From the IMG/VR virus record IMGVR_UViG_2513237176_000002: a stretch of 64,000 nt of DNA; one strand, given 5' to 3'. Origin of the DNA: a virus (Duplodnaviria > Caudoviricetes). Positions 46,295 to 54,544 of the stretch are shown in pieces; position 1 is the stretch's first letter, and every line of letters starts with the position of its first letter. Made by a program: the position numbers and the translations under genes. Below the pieces are notes generated by a model that saw only the letters and a list, made by a program, of their open reading frames with translations, was not told the origin of the DNA and made no database searches.

Positions 46295-46632
46295 GCGTCC
46301 ACCGCCAGCCGGACGCACTCCCGGCACTGGTGCTCGTGGCCCGGCGAGCCCTTCTCGAACGGCAGTGCGCAGGGCGTCGTACCGCAGCACCAGGTGCCGC
46401 ACGCTCGGGCGTCGAGGTGTGCACCGTCGTCCACCTCGCAGGCGCAGGCGATGCACTGGTTCAGCACCGCTGGCCGGGTGCCTTCCTCATGTCCCTCGTC
46501 GCCAGGGAAGGCCACCTGCCGCAGGTAGCGGTGACCGGGCGCGATGACTCGTGTGTCACCGTCATTGGCCCGCCACTGGCAGCTGAAGCAGTAGTGCGGC
46601 TTGCGGGCGGTGCGAGCGACTGTCGTGCTCAC
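46291..46632 (-). CDS. Cys-rich protein
   Basis: TARKPHYCFSC...IAPGHRY...CIAC. Confidence 0.65.
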   Translation of the reverse strand: MSTTVARTARKPHYCFSCQWRANDGDTRVIAPGHRYLRQVAFPGDEGHEEGTRPAVLNQCIACACEVDDGAHLDARACGTWCCGTTPCALPFEKGSPGHEHQCRECVRLAVDA

Positions 46633-46943
46633 GAGGTCACCGCCTCGGCGACGGAGAGCGGCACAATCCCGAGCTGCGCAAGGTAGTCCAGCGTCTCGGC
46701 CGCACTCATGCCGATCTCGTCGCGGCGGGCGTCACTGTTGCGCGCGGTGAAGTCGGCATCGGTCGAGTCGTGCCCGATCGTCACCGACATGTCCGCGGCC
46801 TCGGCCAGCCACGAGTGGACGGTGTAGCCGCGCGGGTTGCCAGGGAGCGGGAACTGGCGGACGGTGTGCTGCACACCGTCCTGGCGGCGAGCCCAGCGCA
46901 TCGCCGCGCCGGCCTCGCGCCATCCGGGGAAGATGCGCATCAT
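46629..46943 (-). CDS. Hypothetical protein
   Basis: Coupled ORF ending AEAVTS. Confidence 0.55.
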   Translation of the reverse strand: MMRIFPGWREAGAAMRWARRQDGVQHTVRQFPLPGNPRGYTVHSWLAEAADMSVTIGHDSTDADFTARNSDARRDEIGMSAAETLDYLAQLGIVPLSVAEAVTS

Positions 46944-47170
46944 GCCACCGCCGGGTCGTCGTACTGCGCGTCCTGCCAGTCACCGGCGTAACCGTTCGCA
47001 CCCCACCGGTCCATGCGTTCAGCGACAGCGTTCCAGCCGGCCTCCTCGATGCCGGGGTTGAAGTGGTCGCCGCACACGTTAGGCACGCATTTGGTGCAGC
47101 CAGCGGCGGCGGCTTGGTCCAGGGCGGCCCGGACGAGTGTGTCGTGGACGGTCTGGGCTGTCAGCATCAC
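46940..47170 (-). CDS. Hypothetical protein
   Basis: Coupled ORF. Confidence 0.55.
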   Translation of the reverse strand: MMLTAQTVHDTLVRAALDQAAAAGCTKCVPNVCGDHFNPGIEEAGWNAVAERMDRWGANGYAGDWQDAQYDDPAVA

Positions 47171-47490
47171 GCCACCGCCGCGAACGGTCCGAGGTCAACG
47201 TGGTAGTCACCGAGCACCGTCACCCGTGGGCAGCCGGGGATGCGCGGCTCGTCGTACGCCACGACCAGTTCGATGTCCTCGCGCCGGTTCTGCAGGACGG
47301 TGACGATGACGCCCGTCCCGTACCGGTACGCCTGCGGGTACTGCTGGCCGACGTGCCGGATCCGCACACCGGGCGCGAACTCGCGGACGCTGTCCACGGG
47401 CTGCCAGCCGCATTCGGCGTAGGCGGCGAGCCGCCGCTGGATCTCGGCGTGGTCATCGTCGGTCAGGGTGTCGAGCGTGATCGCGGTCAT
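47167..47490 (-). CDS. Hypothetical protein (SH3-like)
   Basis: RBS GGAGG; FAPGVRIRH. Confidence 0.55.
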   Translation of the reverse strand: MTAITLDTLTDDDHAEIQRRLAAYAECGWQPVDSVREFAPGVRIRHVGQQYPQAYRYGTGVIVTVLQNRREDIELVVAYDEPRIPGCPRVTVLGDYHVDLGPFAAVA

Positions 47491-47900
47491 CGGGTGGCCT
47501 CCGCCGCGCTCAAAGTACAGATGTGCGACAGGGCGATGCACGACCCTTCACCCTCAACCCACACGACAGCGGTGTGCCCGCTCAGCAGCTCGGCCGGCGT
47601 CCGCGTGCGAGACACCTTGCCCTCGCCCTGCCGGACGCCGGTCCAGTAGCGGACGGGCGTACCGACCGGCACCGCGTCGTTGAAGTGGCCGACACGGATC
47701 CGCTCGCGGTCGTTCTTGATGACCTGCTCGGCCATCTCGTCCGTCATCCCGGCTTCTTGGAGAGTCGCGCACGGCCAGCCCACGTTTTCTTCCGGGAACT
47801 CGGCGTCGTCCGGGGTGCAGTGCAGGCAGATGAAGCCGCCGAAGATGAGTTCGTCCCAGTCGTGCAGGGCCAGCAGGGCCGGGCTGATAGCGATGGTCAT
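47487..47900 (-). CDS. Hypothetical phage protein
   Basis: CLHC...WPCATL, and FN...PVGTPVRYW...GHTAVVW. Confidence 0.65.
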   Translation of the reverse strand: MTIAISPALLALHDWDELIFGGFICLHCTPDDAEFPEENVGWPCATLQEAGMTDEMAEQVIKNDRERIRVGHFNDAVPVGTPVRYWTGVRQGEGKVSRTRTPAELLSGHTAVVWVEGEGSCIALSHICTLSAAEATR

Positions 47901-48091
47901 CGGGCCACCTCCGTGGCGGTCAGGTATTCGGTGATGGCGTCACGTAGCAACGCGAGATCGGCGTTGGTTTCAAGGGTGATGACCTTGTATTTGTCGTCTG
48001 TCCGATACGAGATAACGGCGTCGTTGGCACCGGTCACGGCCCGGCGGATACGCCACGGTCCGACGGTGACGAACGCGGAGTCGGTCATCAC
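47897..48091 (-). CDS. Hypothetical protein
   Basis: Coupled ORF. Confidence 0.55.
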   Translation of the reverse strand: MMTDSAFVTVGPWRIRRAVTGANDAVISYRTDDKYKVITLETNADLALLRDAITEYLTATEVAR

Positions 48092-48408
48092 GCCACCGCC
48101 GTCCGCTGCTCGTGCGCAGCAGCTACGTTGAGCAGCAGCCGGGCGAACTCCCGCAACTGCGCCGGGCTAACCTCGCGTTTGACGAAGCCGCGCGCCAGGT
48201 CGTCGTCACCGAAATGCGCGCTGATCGTGAGCGGGCTGTGGTCGTCTTCGTGGTCGCACGGCCCGGCGTTGAGGGCGAACCCCCAGCCGATCGCCCAGTG
48301 CACGAATTCGGGGAGCGGCTGCTCATCCTCGCCGTACTCGCGGATGATCTCCGGGTCGCTGTGGGCGGGCTTCAACGTCCACGGCGGGGGCCAGGTCGTG
48401 TCGGTCAT
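48088..48408 (-). CDS. Hypothetical protein
   Basis: Coupled ORF. Confidence 0.55.
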   Translation of the reverse strand: MTDTTWPPPWTLKPAHSDPEIIREYGEDEQPLPEFVHWAIGWGFALNAGPCDHEDDHSPLTISAHFGDDDLARGFVKREVSPAQLREFARLLLNVAAAHEQRTAVA

Positions 48409-48605
48409 CAGAACGGCTCCTCTCCGTTGCTGCGCAGTTCGTCGGAACGCCGCGCCGCCAGGTATTCGGCGTACTGCCAGGCGGGTACGCCGTTGTCGTG
48501 CAGGACGCGCATGGCGGTGGTGATGTCGTGGTCCTGACGCGCTTCAGCAGCGGAGGTGTCGCCATCCCGCAGGGAAGGGCCGGGGTCGAGCGCGTCGAAG
48601 TTCAT
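48408..48605 (-). CDS. Hypothetical protein
   Basis: RBS AAGGAGG; ends EEPF. Confidence 0.5.
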   Translation of the reverse strand: MNFDALDPGPSLRDGDTSAAEARQDHDITTAMRVLHDNGVPAWQYAEYLAARRSDELRSNGEEPF

Positions 48606-48850
48606 CGGGTCTCCTCCTTCAGTGCGGCGTGGAGTGCATTGCGGGCCACGGCCTCGTCGTACGGGTCGTCGGCGGACTCGATGGCGCGCACGGCAGCCTC
48701 GATGCGACGCAGACGCTCCACCTCGGCGAGCAGGGCAGGGACGTCGCCGGCGCTGGCGTGCGCTGAGCAGCAAGGGAAGGCGTGCGGATGATCGTGGGAC
48801 GCGAGGTATCCGTCGTGGCGGGTGCGGACGGCGTCCAGGTCAAGAATCAT
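48602..48850 (-). CDS. Hypothetical protein (DVPALLAEVERLR motif)
   Basis: Common early-gene motif; coupled. Confidence 0.6.
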   Translation of the reverse strand: MILDLDAVRTRHDGYLASHDHPHAFPCCSAHASAGDVPALLAEVERLRRIEAAVRAIESADDPYDEAVARNALHAALKEETR

Positions 48851-49083
48851 CGGTTGTCCCGCTCGATCTCCTCGTCGGTCCACTCCCGGACCCGGACCTG
48901 CGTGTCCTGGCCGCCGTGTACCGGGTGGCCCGGTCCGAACGCGCACCAGACGCTCTCGTCGTCGCTGAGCCGGTGGTGGTAGCCGCACCGGGGGTCGGCG
49001 ATCAGACCGGCGTCACTGGCGCGCTTGGCGGGCTCGAACGGGTGGGCGGGGATCGTGACGATGGCGGGAAGGTTGATGGTCAT
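48847..49083 (-). CDS. Hypothetical protein
   Basis: RBS GAGGAGG; coupled. Confidence 0.5.
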   Translation of the reverse strand: MTINLPAIVTIPAHPFEPAKRASDAGLIADPRCGYHHRLSDDESVWCAFGPGHPVHGGQDTQVRVREWTDEEIERDNR

Positions 49084-49286
49084 CAGCTCTCGTCCTCCTC
49101 AACCCACACGTCCACGAGCGTGAAGACGTACTCGGTGAGCGCATCGGCTTGCTGGTCGCGCGACATGGCGCGCCATTCACCCCACGTGTAGCCGAGCTCG
49201 TCGGCGCCGTTGCGGCTGTTGAACTGGGCGTCGCGGCTGCTGGAGTAGCCAACCTTCACCGGATCACTGTCAGCGTGTTTGGGCAC
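49083..49286 (-). CDS. Hypothetical protein, first gene after the internal promoter
   Basis: RBS GAGGAGG and GTG. Confidence 0.6.
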   Translation of the reverse strand: MPKHADSDPVKVGYSSSRDAQFNSRNGADELGYTWGEWRAMSRDQQADALTEYVFTLVDVWVEEDES

Positions 49287-49313
49287 TTGGCCTCCTCGGT
49301 TCGGGGATTGGAT

Positions 49314-49400
49314 GCCACACCAGTGTGGCCTACACTGTGTGGCATGACAAGTCAGCTGTTCGTGCCACCGGGTGTAGGCCACCTCCGTGTCTGTCAGAAT
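49314..49400. promoter_or_regulatory. Divergent promoter region with three 16-bp imperfect palindromes
   Basis: GCCACACCAGTGTGGC (49314), GCCTACACTGTGTGGC (49328), GCCACCGGGTGTAGGC (49364); TTGTCA on the minus strand; CAGAAT before a leaderless GTG. Confidence 0.6.
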
Positions 49401-49406
49401 TTGTCC

Positions 49407-49643
49407 GTGACGGACAAACAATTGGCCGACGCGCTGCGCTCCTTTAAGCGCGCCGAAAGCGTCCTCGACGAGCGGCGGCAGGAGTTGTTCAAGGCGATCG
49501 GCCGCGCCATCGTTGAGAACGGCGAGCGGCAGGCTGCCGTCGTTGAGCAGACCGGCTACACCCGTGAGCACGTCCGGCGCATCTGCGCGGCCTATGTCCG
49601 GTGGAAGTCGGGCGAAACCACGACCCTGAAGATTGCGCGGTAG
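49407..49643 (+). CDS. Small HTH repressor
   Basis: RQAAVVEQTGYTREHVRRI. Confidence 0.75.
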   Translation: MTDKQLADALRSFKRAESVLDERRQELFKAIGRAIVENGERQAAVVEQTGYTREHVRRICAAYVRWKSGETTTLKIAR

Positions 49644-49646
49644 TCG

Positions 49647-50207
49647 ATGTCCGACGGAGATCTGCTCCCCACTGCGGTTTATCGGCTGTTCTCGACCGAA
49701 GGTGGGTTGCTCTATGTGGGCATGGGCGACGGCTTCACGCGCATCAAGGCCCATCTCCGCAAGAAGCCCTGGCGTGCCGAGATCGACCCCACGCGCACCC
49801 AGGTTGAATGGTTCGGTACGCGCGCCGAAGCGGCCCGGCAAGAAACCCAAGCCATCCGCACAGAAGCGCCCAGGTACAACATCGCTGGCACCTCTCGTGC
49901 CCACGCACTGGGCCACACCGCGTATCGACGCAAACATGGCGGCGTTGAGCCGAAACCATTCAAGACGCGGCACTTCGTGGGAGCGGGTGAGATCGGCGAC
50001 CGACTCGGCGTCTCCCGCCAGCGTGTCCAGCAACTGATCGCCAAACCCGACTTCCCCGCGCCCTACGACGAAATCCAAATGGGCAAGGTCTGGCGCATCG
50101 CCGACATCGAAGCCTGGATCCGAGAGCATCGGCCCGCGCTCGCCGACAGTGAGCCTGCGCCCACCGCTACGCCCACCCGCAAAGGACCGCGCAAGCCGCC
50201 GAGCTGA
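49647..50207 (+). CDS. GIY-YIG-like domain fused to an AlpA-like HTH
   Basis: AVYRLF...LLYVGM...R...H...E..AI..E.P.YN; C-terminal GVSRQRV...FPAP...GKVW. Confidence 0.8.
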   Translation: MSDGDLLPTAVYRLFSTEGGLLYVGMGDGFTRIKAHLRKKPWRAEIDPTRTQVEWFGTRAEAARQETQAIRTEAPRYNIAGTSRAHALGHTAYRRKHGGVEPKPFKTRHFVGAGEIGDRLGVSRQRVQQLIAKPDFPAPYDEIQMGKVWRIADIEAWIREHRPALADSEPAPTATPTRKGPRKPPS

Positions 50208-50209
50208 CC

Positions 50210-50560
50210 TCACCGCTCACCGTCCGGCAGCTCACCAGCGCCCGAACACGGCGTCTCGGACCGTTCCACCCCGTCCACCGTGCGCACCCACGCCCCGTGC
50301 GCCACGATTCGGCCGTCCTCGGTCGCGATGTCACCACCGCACACCGGGCACACGCCATGCAGTCCTGCCAGCAGTGCCACACAGCGGCCGTGGGCCTCGG
50401 CAGGCGGGTCGGCCGGCTGAATCACCGGCACAAACCCGTCCTGGCCTTTGCCCGGCGTCAACGGCCAGCCGCACAGCATCAGCCGCGCACCAGCCCGGCG
50501 CACACACCACACGTCGCCGCGGGCACCCGGCACCGCCCACTCGAAACCGTCCGGCAGCAT
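50210..50560 (-). CDS. Zn-binding hypothetical protein
   Basis: CPVCG...H...CSGAG. Confidence 0.55.
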   Translation of the reverse strand: MLPDGFEWAVPGARGDVWCVRRAGARLMLCGWPLTPGKGQDGFVPVIQPADPPAEAHGRCVALLAGLHGVCPVCGGDIATEDGRIVAHGAWVRTVDGVERSETPCSGAGELPDGER

Positions 50561-50991
50561 CAGGCAGCCACCCCAACCAGAGCGGGCACCAGCACCAGAT
50601 CACAGCCGACCGCAGCCGCCCAGTCCGCGAGCGCCCGCAGCCCCGGCTGATGCCGGCGCCGCTCCCACAGCGACAGCTGCGGCTGGGTGAACCCGGCCGC
50701 CTCAGCGACCTCCGCCTGCGACAGCCTGCGGCGCTGCCGGACCGCCGTGAGCGCCCCCACCGGGTCCACATCCAGGATCGGCAGGCCGGAATGCGGGTGC
50801 ACGGCCACCACGCTGCGCAGCCCGCCCGCCCACCCCAACAGGCTGTCCATGCCCGGCGCGTACACCCCGGCCTCCCACTGGAGCAGCAGCTGGGTGCGCA
50901 CACCGATCCGGCCGGCCAGCACCCTGCGGTCGATACCGGCAGCCCGGCGCAGATCGGTCAGCTGCTCCGTGACCGGGTGGGCGTGACTCAC
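50560..50991 (-). CDS. Tandem XRE HTH protein
   Basis: Two LxxWE.G-type HTH units. Confidence 0.75.
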   Translation of the reverse strand: MSHAHPVTEQLTDLRRAAGIDRRVLAGRIGVRTQLLLQWEAGVYAPGMDSLLGWAGGLRSVVAVHPHSGLPILDVDPVGALTAVRQRRRLSQAEVAEAAGFTQPQLSLWERRRHQPGLRALADWAAAVGCDLVLVPALVGVAA

Positions 50992-51233
50992 CGATCCGTT
51001 CCGTCCACCGGATCCAGCACGACCAAGGCGCGCGGCGTGTTCTCCGCCCGGCGAATCCAACCCATCTCGCTCAACCGGCCCACCTGGTACGAGACCGCCG
51101 ACACCGACAGGCCCGTCGCTTCGGAGATGTCACGGAACGTCGGCGAGAACCCGTTCGCCGTGGCGTACGAGCGGATCGCCTCGAGGACGCGGCGCTGTGT
51201 CTTGGTGAGCAGTGATGCGACGGCGGCGGTCAT
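50988..51233 (-). CDS. LexA DNA-binding-domain-only protein
   Basis: LTKTQRRVL..I......GFSPTFRDI...GLS.SAV..Q...L...GWIRR....PRAL. Confidence 0.85.
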   Translation of the reverse strand: MTAAVASLLTKTQRRVLEAIRSYATANGFSPTFRDISEATGLSVSAVSYQVGRLSEMGWIRRAENTPRALVVLDPVDGTDR

Positions 51234-51288
51234 GCCACCTCCTCAGAGTCAGGGTCGGAGACCAGATGCACGGCAGGGTCGGGGCTGG

Positions 51289-51840
51289 TCATGCGACCCT
51301 CCGGTGGGTTGCGCGCCGAGCCCGAGCAGCCATGCGCGCTGGCATTTCACCGCGGGCCATTCGCTGAGCAGCCAAATAGTTGACGCCGAGTCCATTGCTC
51401 AGCCGCGAGATCGGAATCCGCCTGGCGCGGGCCGCCTGGAACACCGCGACCAGTTCCGCATCCGTCAAATCGACGCGGTCACCAGCAAGAACCCGCTCCA
51501 CCACGACCTCGTCCAGGTCGTCACCCGGAGCGACGGGCTCCATGCTGTCGACAACCACAGCCAGGATCTCCGCAGCGGTCGCCCCCGCAAGCCAGCTGCG
51601 GTGCCGCAGCCGCTTCAACGTGCTGACGTTCACCCTCGCCGCGGCCGCGATGTCGTCCAGCGTCATCCCAGCGGCCTGAAGGCGAGCGACGTGCTCGCGG
51701 ACCAGTTGCGGGTCTGCCTTCGGTAGCCAGCTTCCGTCCGCGATAGCAGCCCGGCGCCGACGGTCGTAGACACGCCACACCTGCTGGCAGCCGGCGCATC
51801 CGGCAACGCCAGGAGTTTCGTGTCGGGAACAGGCCGTCAT
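51289..51840 (-). CDS. Zn-finger plus HTH protein
   Basis: C..H...AGC.GC; VREHVARLQAAGM; DLDEVVVERVL. Confidence 0.7.
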   Translation of the reverse strand: MTACSRHETPGVAGCAGCQQVWRVYDRRRRAAIADGSWLPKADPQLVREHVARLQAAGMTLDDIAAAARVNVSTLKRLRHRSWLAGATAAEILAVVVDSMEPVAPGDDLDEVVVERVLAGDRVDLTDAELVAVFQAARARRIPISRLSNGLGVNYLAAQRMARGEMPARMAARARRATHRRVA

Positions 51841-52526
51841 GCCGCCGCCCCCGTAGCCCTGCGGAAGGCACTGAACCCCTTCGGCCGTGCCCGCGGGTCG
51901 TCAAGGTCGCCGTCGTCGTCCCAGCAGATCGGCGGGGCGTAGCCGAGCGTGCGCGCGTGCACTTGTGCTTTCTCTGACGGGCCGGGCCGGCACTCCAGCT
52001 CTCGGTACAAGCGGCAGATGGCTTCGTGATGGCGGTAGGCAATGCGGTCTTGATACCGGTACCGCCACTTACACACCTGCTGCAGGTTCGTGTCTAGCCG
52101 GCCGGCGACCGCCGCAGCACTCCACCCGATCGCCATCAACGCCTGCAGTCGCCGTGACACCCCCAGCGAACTGACACGCGTAGCTGCGGACGGCGCGGCG
52201 ACAACAGCGAGTAAGGCGTGCGCGGTTGCCGCCTGAGCGGAAGCTTGCCGGCCACTGACAACCAGATCGACGGCATTGCGGCTGACGCGGGCGGCGCGGG
52301 CGATGTCTCGGCGGCTGAGCCCCGCGTCGAGCAGCGTCTGCAGGTGCCGCCGGATAGGTGTGGCGTCAACGATCCCTTGCCAGGTGCCGTAGGCGACCTG
52401 CCGAGTCCGGGCGCGCTTCTGGGTGGCCGCCACCTCCCGGCAGCCTTCGCAGCCCGCAACGTAGCGGGTGTGCCGGCGGCAGATCGTACGAAGCTTCACG
52501 GGCTTCGAGGCGAGAGTGCTGGTCAC
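51837..52526 (-). CDS. Zn-finger plus double HTH protein (N-terminus paralogous to the neighbour)
   Basis: CRRH..YVAGCEGC; RRLQALMAIGW; PPICWDD. Confidence 0.75.
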   Translation of the reverse strand: MTSTLASKPVKLRTICRRHTRYVAGCEGCREVAATQKRARTRQVAYGTWQGIVDATPIRRHLQTLLDAGLSRRDIARAARVSRNAVDLVVSGRQASAQAATAHALLAVVAAPSAATRVSSLGVSRRLQALMAIGWSAAAVAGRLDTNLQQVCKWRYRYQDRIAYRHHEAICRLYRELECRPGPSEKAQVHARTLGYAPPICWDDDGDLDDPRARPKGFSAFRRATGAAA

Positions 52527-52720
52527 GCGGCCACCTCCGTGCCGGTTCCACGCCGCCAGTAGTTAGGCGAGTCAGGGCACAGCTGGCAGCGCAGCAGGCT
52601 CCCCGGCTCCGGGCAAGGCCGGTCAGGAACACCAGCCGCACCCTTGCCCTCGCACTTACTCGGCACATCCGCCGGTGCCTCGGGAGCACGCACAGGGAGC
52701 GGGGTCACGGTGGCGGTCAC
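52523..52720 (-). CDS. Small Cys protein
   Basis: CQLCPDSPNYW. Confidence 0.55.
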   Translation of the reverse strand: MTATVTPLPVRAPEAPADVPSKCEGKGAAGVPDRPCPEPGSLLRCQLCPDSPNYWRRGTGTEVAA

Positions 52721-53079
52721 GCTGCCGCTCCAACCTCGTCAAGGAGGAAAGGCTTCACGTCCTGCACCCGCGCCCGCGGCTTCTTCGGCCCGAGCAGCCG
52801 GGTGTACTGGATGCCCTGCCCCCGCCCACCTTTTGCGGCGAGAACCGGAATGGCGCCGACCATCGCCGACACCTCGACGAGACGGTCCCATTCGGCCGGG
52901 CCGAGCGCCCCGGCGGTGGACTTGCATTGGATGAACAGCAACTGGCCGGGCTTGATGGCGATCAGGTCGACTTTGGCGTCGCCTTTCGACCCGGCGGCCC
53001 GGATGACGATGTAGCCGTTGTCGGCGAGGTCGTCACGGCACGCCCACTCGAACCGGCGGCCAGCGGCGTAGTGGCTCAC
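52717..53079 (-). CDS. Holliday junction resolvase (Hjc-type PD-(D/E)XK)
   Basis: G..FE...L...GY..IRAAGS...DLIA...LFIQCK. Confidence 0.85.
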   Translation of the reverse strand: MSHYAAGRRFEWACRDDLADNGYIVIRAAGSKGDAKVDLIAIKPGQLLFIQCKSTAGALGPAEWDRLVEVSAMVGAIPVLAAKGGRGQGIQYTRLLGPKKPRARVQDVKPFLLDEVGAAA

Positions 53080-53234
53080 CGAGCACCGTCCCGCTCGTAG
53101 TCCGCGTCGTGGTCGCCGTACGCGTCCCGCAGGTCATCCGGGGTCGCCGCCGCAGGCAGGTCGAACGCGCCGTTCAGGAACGCCACCTCGGCTGCGGCAT
53201 CCCGCTCGTCGAAGTCGGTGGTCAGATCGCTCAC
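53076..53234 (-). CDS. Hypothetical protein
   Basis: Coupled acidic 52-aa ORF. Confidence 0.45.
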   Translation of the reverse strand: MSDLTTDFDERDAAAEVAFLNGAFDLPAAATPDDLRDAYGDHDADYERDGAR

Positions 53235-53443
53235 GACTGCACCTCCGCCGAGAACTCCGAGGTCAGCTTCCACACGTGCCCGGACGCCTCGTTGATGCCG
53301 TCCGCGATCAGGTGGGCACCGGCCAGCGCCGACTCCTCGTCCACGGCGGGGATCGTGAAGAGGAACATGCGCCGGGACTGCCCGGCTGCCATGACGAACG
53401 CGACCCGCCACTCGGCGAGAGCCACTGTCTGCAGGGTGCTCAC
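53231..53443 (-). CDS. Hypothetical protein
   Basis: Coupled ORF. Confidence 0.55.
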   Translation of the reverse strand: MSTLQTVALAEWRVAFVMAAGQSRRMFLFTIPAVDEESALAGAHLIADGINEASGHVWKLTSEFSAEVQS

Positions 53444-53691
53444 GACGGCACAACCGTGGCGTCCCAGCCGATCGGCTGGCGCTGGGGCGGCAGGGCTTCG
53501 ATCGCACGGACCAGGTCACGGGCGGCCAGCGCCAGCTGCTCACCCGCGTACTCGGCCGCCGCGTCAGCGTGCCGTTCCTCGTCCCGGTAGTAGTGGCTTG
53601 CGGAGATCGAGTCCAGGGCGGCGGACTCCACGCGTTGGCGGGCGCGTGATGCCGCCATCTCAAGGTCGAACAGGTCAGTGGTCGTGGTCAT
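53440..53691 (-). CDS. Hypothetical protein
   Basis: RBS GGAGG; QPIGW motif. Confidence 0.55.
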   Translation of the reverse strand: MTTTTDLFDLEMAASRARQRVESAALDSISASHYYRDEERHADAAAEYAGEQLALAARDLVRAIEALPPQRQPIGWDATVVPS

Positions 53692-54173
53692 CACGCCTCC
53701 TCGGCGGTGGTCTGGTTGGTGGGGGTCACGTCTCCGGCGTCGGTCAGCAGCGACCACACGCCGCGGTACAGCACCGGCACAGAGGTGGGGTCTTCGTGGC
53801 TGTGGAGCATCCAGCCGCGCCAGTACGCGGCAGCAGGCATCGCATGGAGCGCCCCCGAATGGCAGCCGCGGCAGGCGTGCAGCAGGTTTGACAGGACGTG
53901 ATGCCGGGCGGCTGCCGCACCGTGCCGGCCACCCATGCCCGTCGTGATCCGGTGACTCGGGTCCACGGCCCGGCCATCGCAGCCCGGAGCCTGGATTTCG
54001 CACACGCCACAGGAACGCTGCTTGAGAGCGGCGCGCACCCGCGCCGGGACTCCCGGCGGCTGGCGCTTCGGCTTCGCCGTCTGCCGGGTGTGCTTCGGTG
54101 CCAGCGACGAGGTGCGGGCCAGCGGAGTCCCTGACCGCAGGGGAGTGCGGCGGGCGATCGCGGTGCGCTTCAC
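53691..54173 (-). CDS. HNH endonuclease-like protein
   Basis: CEI..PGC...SHR...SNLLHACRGCH. Confidence 0.75.
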   Translation of the reverse strand: MKRTAIARRTPLRSGTPLARTSSLAPKHTRQTAKPKRQPPGVPARVRAALKQRSCGVCEIQAPGCDGRAVDPSHRITTGMGGRHGAAAARHHVLSNLLHACRGCHSGALHAMPAAAYWRGWMLHSHEDPTSVPVLYRGVWSLLTDAGDVTPTNQTTAEEA

Positions 54174-54544
54174 GACACGCCCGCCAGCGAGAAGGCGCTC
54201 TGCACCGATTTACCGAGAGCCATCACGATCATGGACTGGTCGCGGAGCGTCCGCAGGTAGTCCTCGGCGGCCTTCCGGTTCGCCTCCGCCAGATCAAACG
54301 TGCGCTCCAGGACGGCGGCCTGCTCAGCAACCCACGCATCCCGCTCCGCCGTCGTGTAGCCGCCGCGGGTCACCTTCGGGCAGTCGTCGGACAGCAGCGC
54401 CTTCCGCCGGGCCGACTCGAACGCGTGCTTGGCGTCCACCTCGGCATCGCGGGCCGCGCGAAGACTCGACTGGGCCAGCGTCAGATCGTTGACGAGCCTT
54501 CGCAGCTTCGCCTCGATCTGAGCAGGCGTCAGGTCGTCGCTCAT
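54170..54544 (-). CDS. Coiled-coil phage protein of the recombination module
   Basis: LTPAQIEAKL...GKSV pattern. Confidence 0.65.
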   Translation of the reverse strand: MSDDLTPAQIEAKLRRLVNDLTLAQSSLRAARDAEVDAKHAFESARRKALLSDDCPKVTRGGYTTAERDAWVAEQAAVLERTFDLAEANRKAAEDYLRTLRDQSMIVMALGKSVQSAFSLAGVS

